A DNA stretch of 64,000 nucleotides. Source: Puniceicoccales bacterium. Lineage in GTDB: Bacteria > Verrucomicrobiota > Verrucomicrobiia > Opitutales > JAIRLG01. Position numbers and translations under genes: made by a program. Under the pieces are notes generated by a model. The model was not told the DNA's origin, made no database searches, and saw only the letters and a program-made list of their open reading frames with translations. Location: positions 2,062 to 66,061 of the forward strand of contig JAIRRP010000052.1 in the NCBI GenBank assembly GCA_031255915.1, in the 5' to 3' direction. Shown piece after piece: positions 29,049-37,856 of this stretch (position 1 is its first letter; each line of letters starts with the position of its first letter).

Positions 29049-29102
29049 TGCGTATATTTTTTCCGTGAGGAACTTAGGTATTATTATGTTGCGAGAAAAA
29101 GT

Positions 29103-29131
29103 TTGACAGAGGTTATGCTAAGACCTAGCCT
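29103..29131 (+). promoter_or_regulatory. candidate sigma70-type promoter of rplM-rpsI
   Basis: TTGACA (29103..29108), a 17-nt spacer, then TAGCCT (29126..29131), about 25 nt upstream of the rplM start. Confidence 0.35.
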
Positions 29132-29155
29132 GCGGCTGAGTCTTGTGAGGTTTCG

Positions 29156-29587
29156 ATGAGAACAACTTTAGTGAAAAAGGTAGATATGAACGAGAAAAAA
29201 TGGTTTCTCGTCGATGCTTCTAGGGGTAATTTAGGCCGGATTTCCGTCAAAATTGCCAATGTGTTGCGCGGACGCCATAAGGTGACTTATACTCCTCATA
29301 TGGACGACGGCGATTTTGTCGTGGTGGTGAATGCTAATAAAGTGCACCTGACCGGCAAAAAAGATGAGGATAAGGATTATATGTTCTATGCGATGTACCA
29401 GGGAAATGAAAAGCGTTTCTCCAGTAAGGAAATGCGTACGCGACGACCTTGCTTTCTCATAGAGCATGCGGTCAAAGGCATGTTGCCGAAAAATAAACTT
29501 GCGAGCGCCATGCTTAAAAAACTAAAGGTCTATGCGGGAGAAACGCATCCCCATGAGGCCCAAAACCCCATCCCACTGGAAGTTTAA
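29156..29587 (+). CDS. rplM: 50S ribosomal protein L13
   Basis: KKWFLVDASRGNLGRISVKIANVLRGRHKVTYTPHMDDGDFVVVVNANKVHLTGKK is a canonical L13 sequence. Confidence 0.95.
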   Translation: MRTTLVKKVDMNEKKWFLVDASRGNLGRISVKIANVLRGRHKVTYTPHMDDGDFVVVVNANKVHLTGKKDEDKDYMFYAMYQGNEKRFSSKEMRTRRPCFLIEHAVKGMLPKNKLASAMLKKLKVYAGETHPHEAQNPIPLEV

Positions 29588-29595
29588 TATTATTT

Positions 29596-30015
29596 GTGTT
29601 GGATCCTATGGTAGTCAGTTCGGAATCGGTTGCTGAATTTCTTGGAACAGGTCGCCGGAAAGCGGCCATAGCTAAAATCCGTCTCAGGGCCGGAAATGGA
29701 AAATTTCTCATTAATGGCCGTGAAGTGGAAAATTATTTGTGTCTCGAGAGCGCCCAAAAGGAAGCACTTTCGTCCCTGCGCTGCGTGGATTTAAAAGATA
29801 AAATAGATGTGACGGCAACGGTGCTCGGTGGTGGTACGAGTGGCCAAGCGGGTGCTATTCGCCTAGGCATCGCTCGAGCCATCCAGAAAATGGATGAGGC
29901 TCTGCGTATTCCCTTAAAAAAAGGGGGACACTTGACTCGTGATGGGCGTATGAAAGAGCGCAAGAAGTCCGGTCAGCCGGGAGCTCGCAAACGCTTCCAG
30001 TTCTCGAAACGCTAA
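29596..30015 (+). CDS. rpsI: 30S ribosomal protein S9
   Basis: GTGRRKAAIAKIRL, GGGTSGQAGAIRLGIARA and a C-terminal GARKRFQFSKR. GTG start at 29596 (alternative ATG at 29608). Confidence 0.93.
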   Translation: MLDPMVVSSESVAEFLGTGRRKAAIAKIRLRAGNGKFLINGREVENYLCLESAQKEALSSLRCVDLKDKIDVTATVLGGGTSGQAGAIRLGIARAIQKMDEALRIPLKKGGHLTRDGRMKERKKSGQPGARKRFQFSKR

Positions 30016-30146
30016 GGGACTTCTCCTCTTGGAGTCTCTTCGGGTAAGGCCGGAAGAAGTTTTCCCAGAGCGGCAGCGGATCCCTCTCAGGAGACGAAGC
30101 AGAGAAATTGAGAGATTGGCCTTGTTCGTGAGAGAATGATATTCTT

Positions 30147-30295
30147 CTTAGAGGGTATCGTCAAAATTAGGCAGCAAAAAGGGAGATAGAGCGGATGTGG
30201 AATATGGAAATAAGTCTCTTACATGCCCTTTTTTCCATCCCTTCTTCTTTTTCTCTCTTTTTCCCTTTGTCAATCCTTTTTGAAGACACCCTTAA
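30147..30295. repeat. AT-rich palindromic MITE-like repeat, copy B
   Basis: cttagagggtatcgtcaaaattaggcagcaaaaagggagatagagcggatgtggaatatggaaa...ccctttgtcaatcctttttgaagacacccttaa. The termini are inverted repeats of each other, and the element is inverted relative to copies E/F/G. Confidence 0.8.
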
Positions 30296-30816
30296 AAAAG
30301 AGATTGTCCTTTGCGGCACGGGGAAAGCTGGTTTTGGGACAAGGAGTGCACCTATCTTTTAGAACATTAAATTTGGTCAGGAGTGGCTGTGGCTATTTTA
30401 CTATGTTGAAAAGAATAAAAGGTATATATGAAAATCCCACAGATCTCCGATATTTGGGATGAAAAGCGAGCTCGGGTAAAAGGAGAATAGTTTTTTATTT
30501 ACTCAGGAGCTCCGATGAGGGAAATAACTACAGGAAGAGAGGATATTATACGATGTACAAAAACCTCTCTGCCTTGTTGTGTACCCTTAGAAACATTATA
30601 CGTTTAGTAGGTAAACGGACCAGGCGATCTACAGCACATAGCAAAATCTGACGACCGCTGCTTTCTTCCGAACCTGACGGAGTTAGCCGACTTGTTATTG
30701 CACAGAACCCAGCCCGAAATATTAATGGGAAGAAGTCAAAGAAAAAGGCAATGCAAAAATTTTCTTCCTGACTTTCTTCCTGAAATGGTTCTTTTTTGAG
30801 GGATAAAAAGGAGAAC

Positions 30817-31035
30817 ATGGCTCGCAATCGCCTCAGTCCGAAGGATATAACGAATGATTTAAGTCGCTTCCATGGCCCATTGCATCGGCGATGGGCTGAA
30901 AAAAAATCCCCTCGAAAGCACATCGCGACGTATCGCGAGGGGAGCCAGAGTCTATGTGACCGCATCACTCTCTACCTACTCATGTGTTTTGGTGTAGGAC
31001 AATGTTTTGTGATACTTTTTTTTGATCTTTTTTAA
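30817..31035 (+). CDS. small tail-anchored membrane protein, hypothetical
   Basis: The ATG at 30817 is preceded by AAAAGGAGAAC. Basic N-terminal half and hydrophobic C-terminus ITLYLLMCFGVGQCFVILFFDLF. Ends 6 nt before birA. No homolog recognised. Confidence 0.3.
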   Translation: MARNRLSPKDITNDLSRFHGPLHRRWAEKKSPRKHIATYREGSQSLCDRITLYLLMCFGVGQCFVILFFDLF

Positions 31036-31040
31036 ATTTT

Positions 31041-31568
31041 GTGGAAATTATTCGCCTGGACAATGTCGATAGCACCAATGATGAGGCTTTTCGTTTGAGT
31101 ACCGCAAAGCCATTACCTTTTGTCGTCGTCGCCACGCGGCAATGGGCGGGACGAGGGCAAGGAAATCATACATGGTATAGTGATGATCCGCGTAATTTAT
31201 ACTGGACCATGATTTGGCAACCTCGACAGACACCACAGGCCTTTCAGGATTGTTCCACAAGAGTTGCCATCCTCCTCAGTCAAAAATTAAGGGAACACTA
31301 TCGCATTCCGGTAGCGGTTAAGTATCCCAATGATCTCATGATTCAAGGTCGCAAACTCGGCGGTATCTTGACGGAGACACGCGTTTTATCTGGCAATTTA
31401 CTCCTGGCAGTCTGTGGTATTGGGCTCAATGTCAATGGCGATCTCAGCGCCTATCCCGACGATATTCGAACACATTGCTGCCGTCTAGGCGACTGGGTTC
31501 CAAAGCCCCTAGTGCCGAGAGAGGTAGAAGTTCTACTGGAAGAGATATTTTTCAAGCACTTCCTCTGA
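31041..31568 (+). CDS. birA: biotin--[acetyl-CoA-carboxylase] ligase (short, catalytic domain only)
   Basis: LDNVDSTNDEA, RQWAGRGQGNHTWYSD (GRGRxGRxW-type biotin loop) and KYPNDLMIQGRKLGGILTE. GTG start. Confidence 0.75.
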   Translation: MEIIRLDNVDSTNDEAFRLSTAKPLPFVVVATRQWAGRGQGNHTWYSDDPRNLYWTMIWQPRQTPQAFQDCSTRVAILLSQKLREHYRIPVAVKYPNDLMIQGRKLGGILTETRVLSGNLLLAVCGIGLNVNGDLSAYPDDIRTHCCRLGDWVPKPLVPREVEVLLEEIFFKHFL

Positions 31569-31594
31569 ACATTTCTCTTGCCTAGGAGAGTTGT

Positions 31595-31808
31595 CTAGAG
31601 GGTATCATCAAAATCAGACAGCGAAAAAAGAGAGGGAGCGGATATGGAATGCAGAAACATGTCTCCTATGCGTCCTTTTTTCTTCCCTCTCTTTTTCCCT
31701 TTGTTGACCTTTTTTTGACAACACCTTCTAGGTCAACGACAAAACTCCCAAGCTTGGGAGCTCTCGGTTTGCTCTTTGTTAACCTTTTTTTGACGATACA
31801 CTCTAGAG
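31595..31808. repeat. AT-rich palindromic MITE-like repeat, copy C, plus an adjacent partial second right end
   Basis: The full copy at 31595..31732 runs ctagagggtatcatcaaaatcagacagcg...ttgacctttttttgacaacaccttctagg. It is followed by ...cccaagcttgggag... and a second end ttaacctttttttgacgatacactctagag at 31779..31808. Confidence 0.8.
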
Positions 31809-31883
31809 AAACATCTCCTCAGGATTATTTTTTCTTGGTTTCTTGAAAAAGAAGGCCTAGATGAAGGCGTAGGAGTTTTCAGT

Positions 31884-33671
31884 ATGAAGCGCACACATCA
31901 TTGTAATGCTTTGCGGGAGGCGGAGCTGGGACAAAGGGTCCGACTTATCGGCTGGATTCAGTCGATCCGTGACCATGGTGGGCTGATGTTTATAGACCTT
32001 CGGGATAGAGAAGGCGTGACACAGATCGTCTGTGATCCTAATGGCGAAAATTTTAGGGAAACATCGCCCTTGCTGAAGGAGGAGTCGGTTGTGGAAATTG
32101 CCGGTAAAGTATGTCTGCGGCCGGAGGATGCGCGCAATGAACGTATGGTCACAGGAGTTATTGAAGTGCTGGCGGAGGAGCTCATCATTCATAATATCGC
32201 CGAAACATTACCCTTTCCGATTCATGAGAAGTCGGATAAGGTCAGCGAGGACTTGCGGCTGACCTACCGCTATCTGGATCTGCGTCGCAGTAAAAATTTA
32301 GCACGTCTGCGCCTGCGTCACCAAATCACCCGGGCCGTGCGGCAGTTCCTCGATCAGGAGGATTTCATTGAAATTGAGACACCGGTTTTATTTAAAACTA
32401 CCCCGGAAGGGGCCCGTGAATTTCTTGTCCCTAGTCGCCTGAATCCGGGAAATTTTTACGCGCTTACGCAGTCACCGCAGCAGTATAAACAGATGCTAAT
32501 GGTGGCCGGTGTGGAACGCTATTACTCCTTGGCTCGTTGTTTCCGTGACGAGGATCTACGTGCAGATCGCCAGCAAGAATTTACGCAAATTGACCTCGAA
32601 ATGTCCTTCATCGATCGCGAGGATATGTATGAATTGGTAGAGGGAATGCTTTCGAAAGTATGGGAAACCGCCTTGGGTATCCCATTAAAGCTTCCATTTC
32701 GCCACATGACCTTCCGTGAAGCCATGGATAACTATGGATCCGACAAGCCCGATACACGGTGGGATTTCCCCATTAGGGATATCAGTGAAGTGTTTAGAAA
32801 TTCTTCATTTAAGGTTTTTAGGAATTGTCTCGAAGAAGGGGGTGTGATTAAGGCCATCAATATGAAAGGGTTGGCGGACATCACACAAGGTGAATTGCAG
32901 CACTGCGAAGAGGTGGCACGCTCTTTGGGGGCGAAGGGCCTAGCCTATAGGAAATACGAGGAGGGCATTGGGAAATCTCCCATAGAAAAATTCTTTTCAG
33001 AAGAGGAAAAAAAGGCCCTTGCGGAGCTTTTAGAGGTAGAAGAGGGCGACATCGTCTTCTTTGCGGCTAATCGATGGGAAAAAGCTTGTACGATTCTCGG
33101 TCGGATTCGACTGGAAGCCATCGAGTTGCTCCTCAAGCGCCAAAAGATAGTGCGCGATTCCACGCGATTTGATTTCCTCTGGGTGGTGGATTTTCCACTC
33201 ATGACCTATGATGAAGAACAGGGGCGCTATCTCGCAACACACCATCCCTTTACGGCACCTTTGCCCGAAGACGAGTCGCAGCTATGGGAAAAGCCGGAGT
33301 GTGTCCGTGGTCAGCATTACGACATTGTGCTGAATGGTGTAGAACTGGGTGGCGGCAGTATTCGTGTTCATCGACCGGAGCTTCAGCGCCGTATTTTTCA
33401 GGAGGTGCTTCAAATTCCCGAAGAGGTCGTAGAAAATCGCTTCGGTTACATGATTCGTGCCTTTCGCTATGGAGCGCCACCCCATGGCGGGATCGCTCTC
33501 GGCCTAGACCGCATGGTCGCAATGTTGGCCGGTACGGAAAGCATACGGGACGTGATCGCTTTTCCTAAGACACAGAGCGGTCAGGAATTGATGACGGCAT
33601 CGCCGACACCTGTTTCGGAAAAGCAACTTCAGGATTTATGGATTGCCTCTGTTGCGGAGGCAAAGAAATAG
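31884..33671 (+). CDS. aspS: aspartate--tRNA ligase
   Basis: 595 aa with QSPQQYKQMLMVAGVERYYSLARCFRDEDLRADRQQEFTQIDLEMSF (class II motif 2) and GGGSIRVH ... PPHGGIALGLDRMV (motif 3). Confidence 0.95.
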   Translation: MKRTHHCNALREAELGQRVRLIGWIQSIRDHGGLMFIDLRDREGVTQIVCDPNGENFRETSPLLKEESVVEIAGKVCLRPEDARNERMVTGVIEVLAEELIIHNIAETLPFPIHEKSDKVSEDLRLTYRYLDLRRSKNLARLRLRHQITRAVRQFLDQEDFIEIETPVLFKTTPEGAREFLVPSRLNPGNFYALTQSPQQYKQMLMVAGVERYYSLARCFRDEDLRADRQQEFTQIDLEMSFIDREDMYELVEGMLSKVWETALGIPLKLPFRHMTFREAMDNYGSDKPDTRWDFPIRDISEVFRNSSFKVFRNCLEEGGVIKAINMKGLADITQGELQHCEEVARSLGAKGLAYRKYEEGIGKSPIEKFFSEEEKKALAELLEVEEGDIVFFAANRWEKACTILGRIRLEAIELLLKRQKIVRDSTRFDFLWVVDFPLMTYDEEQGRYLATHHPFTAPLPEDESQLWEKPECVRGQHYDIVLNGVELGGGSIRVHRPELQRRIFQEVLQIPEEVVENRFGYMIRAFRYGAPPHGGIALGLDRMVAMLAGTESIRDVIAFPKTQSGQELMTASPTPVSEKQLQDLWIASVAEAKK

Positions 33672-33745
33672 GAAACGATGCGGATAAAACGAAATCCCAT
33701 CTTCGGGATGGACATTTTTTAATATGTGGACAGTTTTGGAGTTTT

Positions 33746-34390
33746 ATGAAAATGAATAGCAATAGCCTACCTCTCATCGGAGCATTTTTATTAGGTTTTG
33801 GCGCGATTTTTACGTCCCTTATAGCGATGGCCGAAGGACCGTCGGCAGGAACGTCTTTGCAAAATACCTCTCAATGTTGTGCTATTTTGACATTTAATGC
33901 CAATCGCGTCATGCAGGGATATGCCATAGCCAAGAGCCGCGATGAGGAATTGAAGACCTTGGCAGATAGTCTACAGAAGGATGGACAGAAAAAAATGGAA
34001 GAACTGGTGAATGCACAGGAGGAAATCCGGAAGCTGGCTGAAAAGATGGACAATTCTGCACTGACGGATGAAGCGCGTGATAAGATGAAGACCGAAGCGG
34101 AAAAGCAGATAGAAGCATTGCACGAAAAGGAGATGAACTTTCGTCAATGGCAAGAGAAATCGGAATCTCAATTGAGCGAAGTGCGAGCGGAAATGCTCTC
34201 AAAGACCATTGGAGAATTGAAAGTTATAGCTTCTGAATTGGCGGAAGAGGAAGGGGCTCTGCTCGTCCTTAATGGGACAAATCCCGACATTCTCTATACC
34301 GCACCGGCTACGGATCGTTCCGAAAAAATAATCGCTCGTTTGAATCAGCGCTACCCGGCCCCCGTTAAGGCATTACCAAAAACAAAGTGA
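33746..34390 (+). CDS. skp: OmpH/Skp-like periplasmic chaperone
   Basis: Signal peptide MKMNSNSLPLIGAFLLGFGAIFTSLIAMAEG, a long Lys/Glu-rich coiled coil, and the C-terminal pattern ALLVLNGTNPDILYTAPATDRSEKIIARLN. Start trimmed to 33746 because the listed start overlaps aspS. Confidence 0.6.
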   Translation: MKMNSNSLPLIGAFLLGFGAIFTSLIAMAEGPSAGTSLQNTSQCCAILTFNANRVMQGYAIAKSRDEELKTLADSLQKDGQKKMEELVNAQEEIRKLAEKMDNSALTDEARDKMKTEAEKQIEALHEKEMNFRQWQEKSESQLSEVRAEMLSKTIGELKVIASELAEEEGALLVLNGTNPDILYTAPATDRSEKIIARLNQRYPAPVKALPKTK

Positions 34391-34442
34391 TAATGATTTG
34401 TCTTGGTCGCCATAACCCCCTGATATTTAGAGGGAGATCGCT

Positions 34443-35027
34443 GTGAATATAGCCAATTGGGTGACGCTATCGAGAATACCTTCTCTCTTTCTCATTGTCA
34501 TTTTGCTATACATCCAAATTCGTTGGTCAGCGACATTGGGCTTCATTGCGTTCGTCTTAGCGGCCCTTACGGATTGGTATGATGGGTATTTAGCGCGGCG
34601 TTATGGCCTGATTTCCGCTTTTGGGAAATTGATGGATGCGTTGACGGATAAGATATTGATGATCGGCCTATTGATCACCATCTTGGCCCTGAAGATCGTC
34701 CCACTATGGACGCTTTTTTTTATTTTACTCATTGTAGCGAGGGAGTTCATCATCACAGGACTGAGATTGGTTGCTTCCGTGAAGTCCATTGTATTGGCCG
34801 CGGAGAATTGGGGGAAGATGAAGACCATCGCTCAGATTTTCAGCACGGGGTTTTTCATTCTCTGGTATGCTCTGGTGCGCGATGGTCATTCGGTCATTCC
34901 TCATCTCATTTGCGAAATCGTCTATGATGTCGGGATGTTGTTCTTTATAGGCTCGACGTATCTGACTATTGACTCGGGTGTTCGCTATCTCGTGAAGTAT
35001 CGCCATCTCCTACTGCAGATGGATTGA
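34443..35027 (+). CDS. pgsA: CDP-diacylglycerol--glycerol-3-phosphate 3-phosphatidyltransferase
   Basis: CDP-alcohol phosphatidyltransferase motif DWYDGYLARRYGLISAFGKLMDALTDKIL. Multi-pass membrane protein with a GTG start. Confidence 0.88.
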   Translation: MNIANWVTLSRIPSLFLIVILLYIQIRWSATLGFIAFVLAALTDWYDGYLARRYGLISAFGKLMDALTDKILMIGLLITILALKIVPLWTLFFILLIVAREFIITGLRLVASVKSIVLAAENWGKMKTIAQIFSTGFFILWYALVRDGHSVIPHLICEIVYDVGMLFFIGSTYLTIDSGVRYLVKYRHLLLQMD

Positions 35028-35042
35028 GCGACGGAATATTTC

Positions 35043-35573
35043 GTGAAGTATCAAATTATGAAAATAAAAAAGATTCTAAATCCAGCGTGGATAAAGCATG
35101 TTCCCAAGCCGTGGATATTATCATTGGCTACGCTGGGCCCCGTAGGCAATAAACTTTTTGCGCCGGGGACATGGGCCTCCTTTGCCGGTCTATGGTTCTA
35201 TACGTTCTGTTTTTACGGTCTATCGCCACTGAGTTTTCTCTGTCTGGCCATTCTTAGTTCTTATCTTGCGGGAGTTATCTGCCATGCAGCCGAACATAAC
35301 CTACAGGAGAAAGATCCCGATTGCATTGTCCTGGATGAATTCACCGCCATGCCAATCTGCTTCTTTGGGTTTCATGTACGGCCAGAGACACATGCATTGT
35401 GGGTTTTTCTTCTCACAGGGTTCCTGTTATTCCGCTACTTCGACATCTGGAAACCATTGGGTATCTACAAGCTACAGGACCTGCGAGGTGGCCTCGGTAT
35501 TATGCTAGATGACCTAGCTGCTGCTCTGGCGACCAATGTGGTGTTGCATGGTATTTTCCACTTTCTTTGCTAG
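35043..35573 (+). CDS. pgpA: phosphatidylglycerophosphatase A
   Basis: LGPVGNKLFAPGTWASFAGL, LDEFTAMPI, FDIWKPLGI and GLGIMLDDLAAAL. The start is uncertain (GTG 35043 or ATG 35058). Confidence 0.85.
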   Translation: MKYQIMKIKKILNPAWIKHVPKPWILSLATLGPVGNKLFAPGTWASFAGLWFYTFCFYGLSPLSFLCLAILSSYLAGVICHAAEHNLQEKDPDCIVLDEFTAMPICFFGFHVRPETHALWVFLLTGFLLFRYFDIWKPLGIYKLQDLRGGLGIMLDDLAAALATNVVLHGIFHFLC

Positions 35574-35610
35574 GAGTAATTTTACGATTTCAAGCGATTG
35601 GTTATATGCT

Positions 35611-35709
35611 TACCGCCTTTGAACCTTCGGTTCTGACTCGCTACGCGAGCCGCGGAAAGGAAAAATGAAAGCTCCCGCTTTGCATTTTTCCTTGGCCGCA
35701 AAGGCGGTA
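35611..35709 (+). repeat. GC-rich cloverleaf-like repeat, copy R1
   Basis: taccgcctttg-gaaccttcggttc-...ctcgctacgcgag...-ggaaaaatgaaagctcccgctttgcatttttcc-...caaaggcggta. Lies between the convergent pgpA and the 582-aa gene. Confidence 0.85.
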
Positions 35710-35850
35710 AAGCGAATGCCCGGGACCAGGGCAATTTCAACCGGCTACACCTAAAGGGAATCACCACACAGGACAAATAGTGAGACAATCCCCCCCACTA
35801 CTCTGCCAGGAGTCTTTTGAATTTCCGACCCATGTGGTCAGTACCTCACC

Positions 35851-37599
35851 TCACAGATGGAGAATATCCGGCCGGAACGAGATTTTGAGATGGTAATACT
35901 TCCCTGGCAGCAGAAAAATAGGATTAGTTCGAGACAGAATCTGCAAGAAATGGATATGCCCATAAGGAGTTCTGTAGGCCGGATCATCGGCAACCGTGAT
36001 GAGTTCCTTCCACGCCATACCAAAATCATCCTTCTCGACAACCGCTCGCAGGCTCTCCTCTCCCAGCATAAGACTATGAGCACTGAGAACCGAATGAGGA
36101 GCCGAGAGCGCAATGACATAGCGCACCTGATCGACCTTGAGTCGATTCCGAACCACATAGACAAATTCTGAAGTGATGCCCTCCTCTGAGAATGCCCATG
36201 AGACGCGACAACGAGCCAGATCGGGCACAATGACTTCCCGATGGCTGATCAATTCCGGCTGATCATAATGAAAGGAAAAGGAACGCTTCAATCCCATGCC
36301 CGTAGCGCAATTTTTTCCGTAAAACGAAGGGACAAAGAGCTGCCCATTAATGGTCAGTTCGGGCTGCAGGATGGGCAAATAGGTATCCGCCGGGGCATCG
36401 AAAATTCCGGGACAATGGGGAAACGCCAGGCTGTCGCAGGAACCTTTTCCGCCACCTGATATGAGGGGCAGTGCATAATGCGTGCCCTTTTGGGAATTGC
36501 GATAGACAAAAATTCCCTGCTCTTTTTTGATGCTGCGGTCAAATTGAACCAACCGGCCACCTGTCTTTTCTTCAAGACCGGTATCATCCAATGGCAGTGA
36601 TATTTTCTTGGCCAACATCGCCCACTGACAGAGGTAGCGTACGGCATCGAAATTAGCCCTACGGGTGGAGAAAATGACCGGCATTGTCCGTTCTCGATCT
36701 CGAATCACAATGGTGCCGTGGCCCTGGTCGACGTAATGCAAAAAGAAATAATGAAAAAGCCTGCGAATGAGGCTTATGTATAGCGTCTGTTTATCGCTGC
36801 CGACCCATCCCTCCGAAAGGGCCAGTATTGCCGCATTAAGCGTGTAGAGCTGCGCATAAAACCCCGTGTGCTTCCCATAAGCCCAGGCAAGACCATCCGT
36901 GCGAACAAGTTCTGGCAGAAGACAAAGATAACATCCCCCATAAGTTCGGATACTCGGAAGAAGGCGTTTGGTGACATCGCTGTTGATATGCATTCGCATT
37001 ACCTGCTGGACGAAGTTCAATATCCATAGGCCGATGATGTCGTAACAACCTCCGATGCCCTCTTCCGGAGCGCTGTCCATAAAACCATTGGTCATCTTCT
37101 TCGAGACATGGCCTAAAAAAGCTTCGACGAGTGGTAAGGTTTCGTCTTTTTTCGAAAAACCCATGTTGAAGCCGACGAAGGACCTCACAACATCCGATAG
37201 GATACCGTGACCACCCTGCCGAGGATGAAGCATTCGCTCTGTCACCAATGCCTGTGTTTCCTGATCCAGGCTTTGCCAAAGAGGATTACGAGCACATGTG
37301 GTTCCGAAACAGAGCAACGTCAAGGAAGCACAACTCGATGCGATGTCATCCGTAAGCGGGATATAGAGTTGTGAACGAACACATCGGGCTGCCAGTTCGG
37401 GTAACTGAAAGTCACTGAGCTGAAGCTCTTGTAGGCAACGATAATACTCTCCGATGGAAAAAGCGGCATAGGCGGAATCCTCTAACGCAAGAGATTCTCC
37501 TTCCGCCGGAAGGACATCACCATTTTCAGCGATAAAGGGCAAGCTTTGTCCCAAGACAGCTCGCGCTAAATCGATGCATTGCTGTGAAAAATTTTGCAT
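35851..37599 (-). CDS. hypothetical protein (582 aa), co-directional and immediately downstream of the secretin
   Basis: Long uninterrupted ORF with no signal peptide or motif recognised. The N-half looks helical and aromatic-rich and the C-half beta-rich (by eye only). Confidence 0.6.
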   Translation of the reverse strand: MQNFSQQCIDLARAVLGQSLPFIAENGDVLPAEGESLALEDSAYAAFSIGEYYRCLQELQLSDFQLPELAARCVRSQLYIPLTDDIASSCASLTLLCFGTTCARNPLWQSLDQETQALVTERMLHPRQGGHGILSDVVRSFVGFNMGFSKKDETLPLVEAFLGHVSKKMTNGFMDSAPEEGIGGCYDIIGLWILNFVQQVMRMHINSDVTKRLLPSIRTYGGCYLCLLPELVRTDGLAWAYGKHTGFYAQLYTLNAAILALSEGWVGSDKQTLYISLIRRLFHYFFLHYVDQGHGTIVIRDRERTMPVIFSTRRANFDAVRYLCQWAMLAKKISLPLDDTGLEEKTGGRLVQFDRSIKKEQGIFVYRNSQKGTHYALPLISGGGKGSCDSLAFPHCPGIFDAPADTYLPILQPELTINGQLFVPSFYGKNCATGMGLKRSFSFHYDQPELISHREVIVPDLARCRVSWAFSEEGITSEFVYVVRNRLKVDQVRYVIALSAPHSVLSAHSLMLGEESLRAVVEKDDFGMAWKELITVADDPAYRTPYGHIHFLQILSRTNPIFLLPGKYYHLKISFRPDILHL

Positions 37600-37711
37600 G
37601 CTCTACGCCTCTTATTGCGAGGCAATGTAAAGAAACTTGGCAACAAGAAAACGTACTTCTCTGGGACGGCAAGTGTTCTTTATTATTTTTTTAATACAAA
37701 AGAACGTAAAT

Positions 37712-37856
37712 TTCGGAGGACGTCGTCAAAAAAGTTTAACAAAGGGAAAAAGAGAGGAAAGATGGAATGGAAAAGAAGACATATAGGAGACATAACCTAT
37801 TAGGTGAGTGGAACAAGATGAGAAGGTTGCTATCTGGTTTTAACGACACACTCTAA
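37712..37856. repeat. AT-rich palindromic MITE-like repeat, copy D (variant subtype shared with copy A)
   Basis: ttcggaggacgtcgtcaaaaaagtttaacaaagggaaaaagagagg...gtggaacaagatgagaagg...ttttaacgacacactctaa. The secretin stop codon (cta at 37853..37855 on the plus strand) lies in its terminal ctctaa. Confidence 0.75.

Noticed and set aside
30300-30760. An RNase P RNA (rnpB) call based on ACAGAACCC, GGUAAAC and GGGGAAAGCUGG strings.
   Set aside because: The universally conserved CR-I GAGGAAAGUCC, CR-V GGCUUA and GGUGAAA/GUAAGAGC blocks are absent, and I could not build P1/P4 convincingly. It is kept only as a low-priority item to test with a covariance model.
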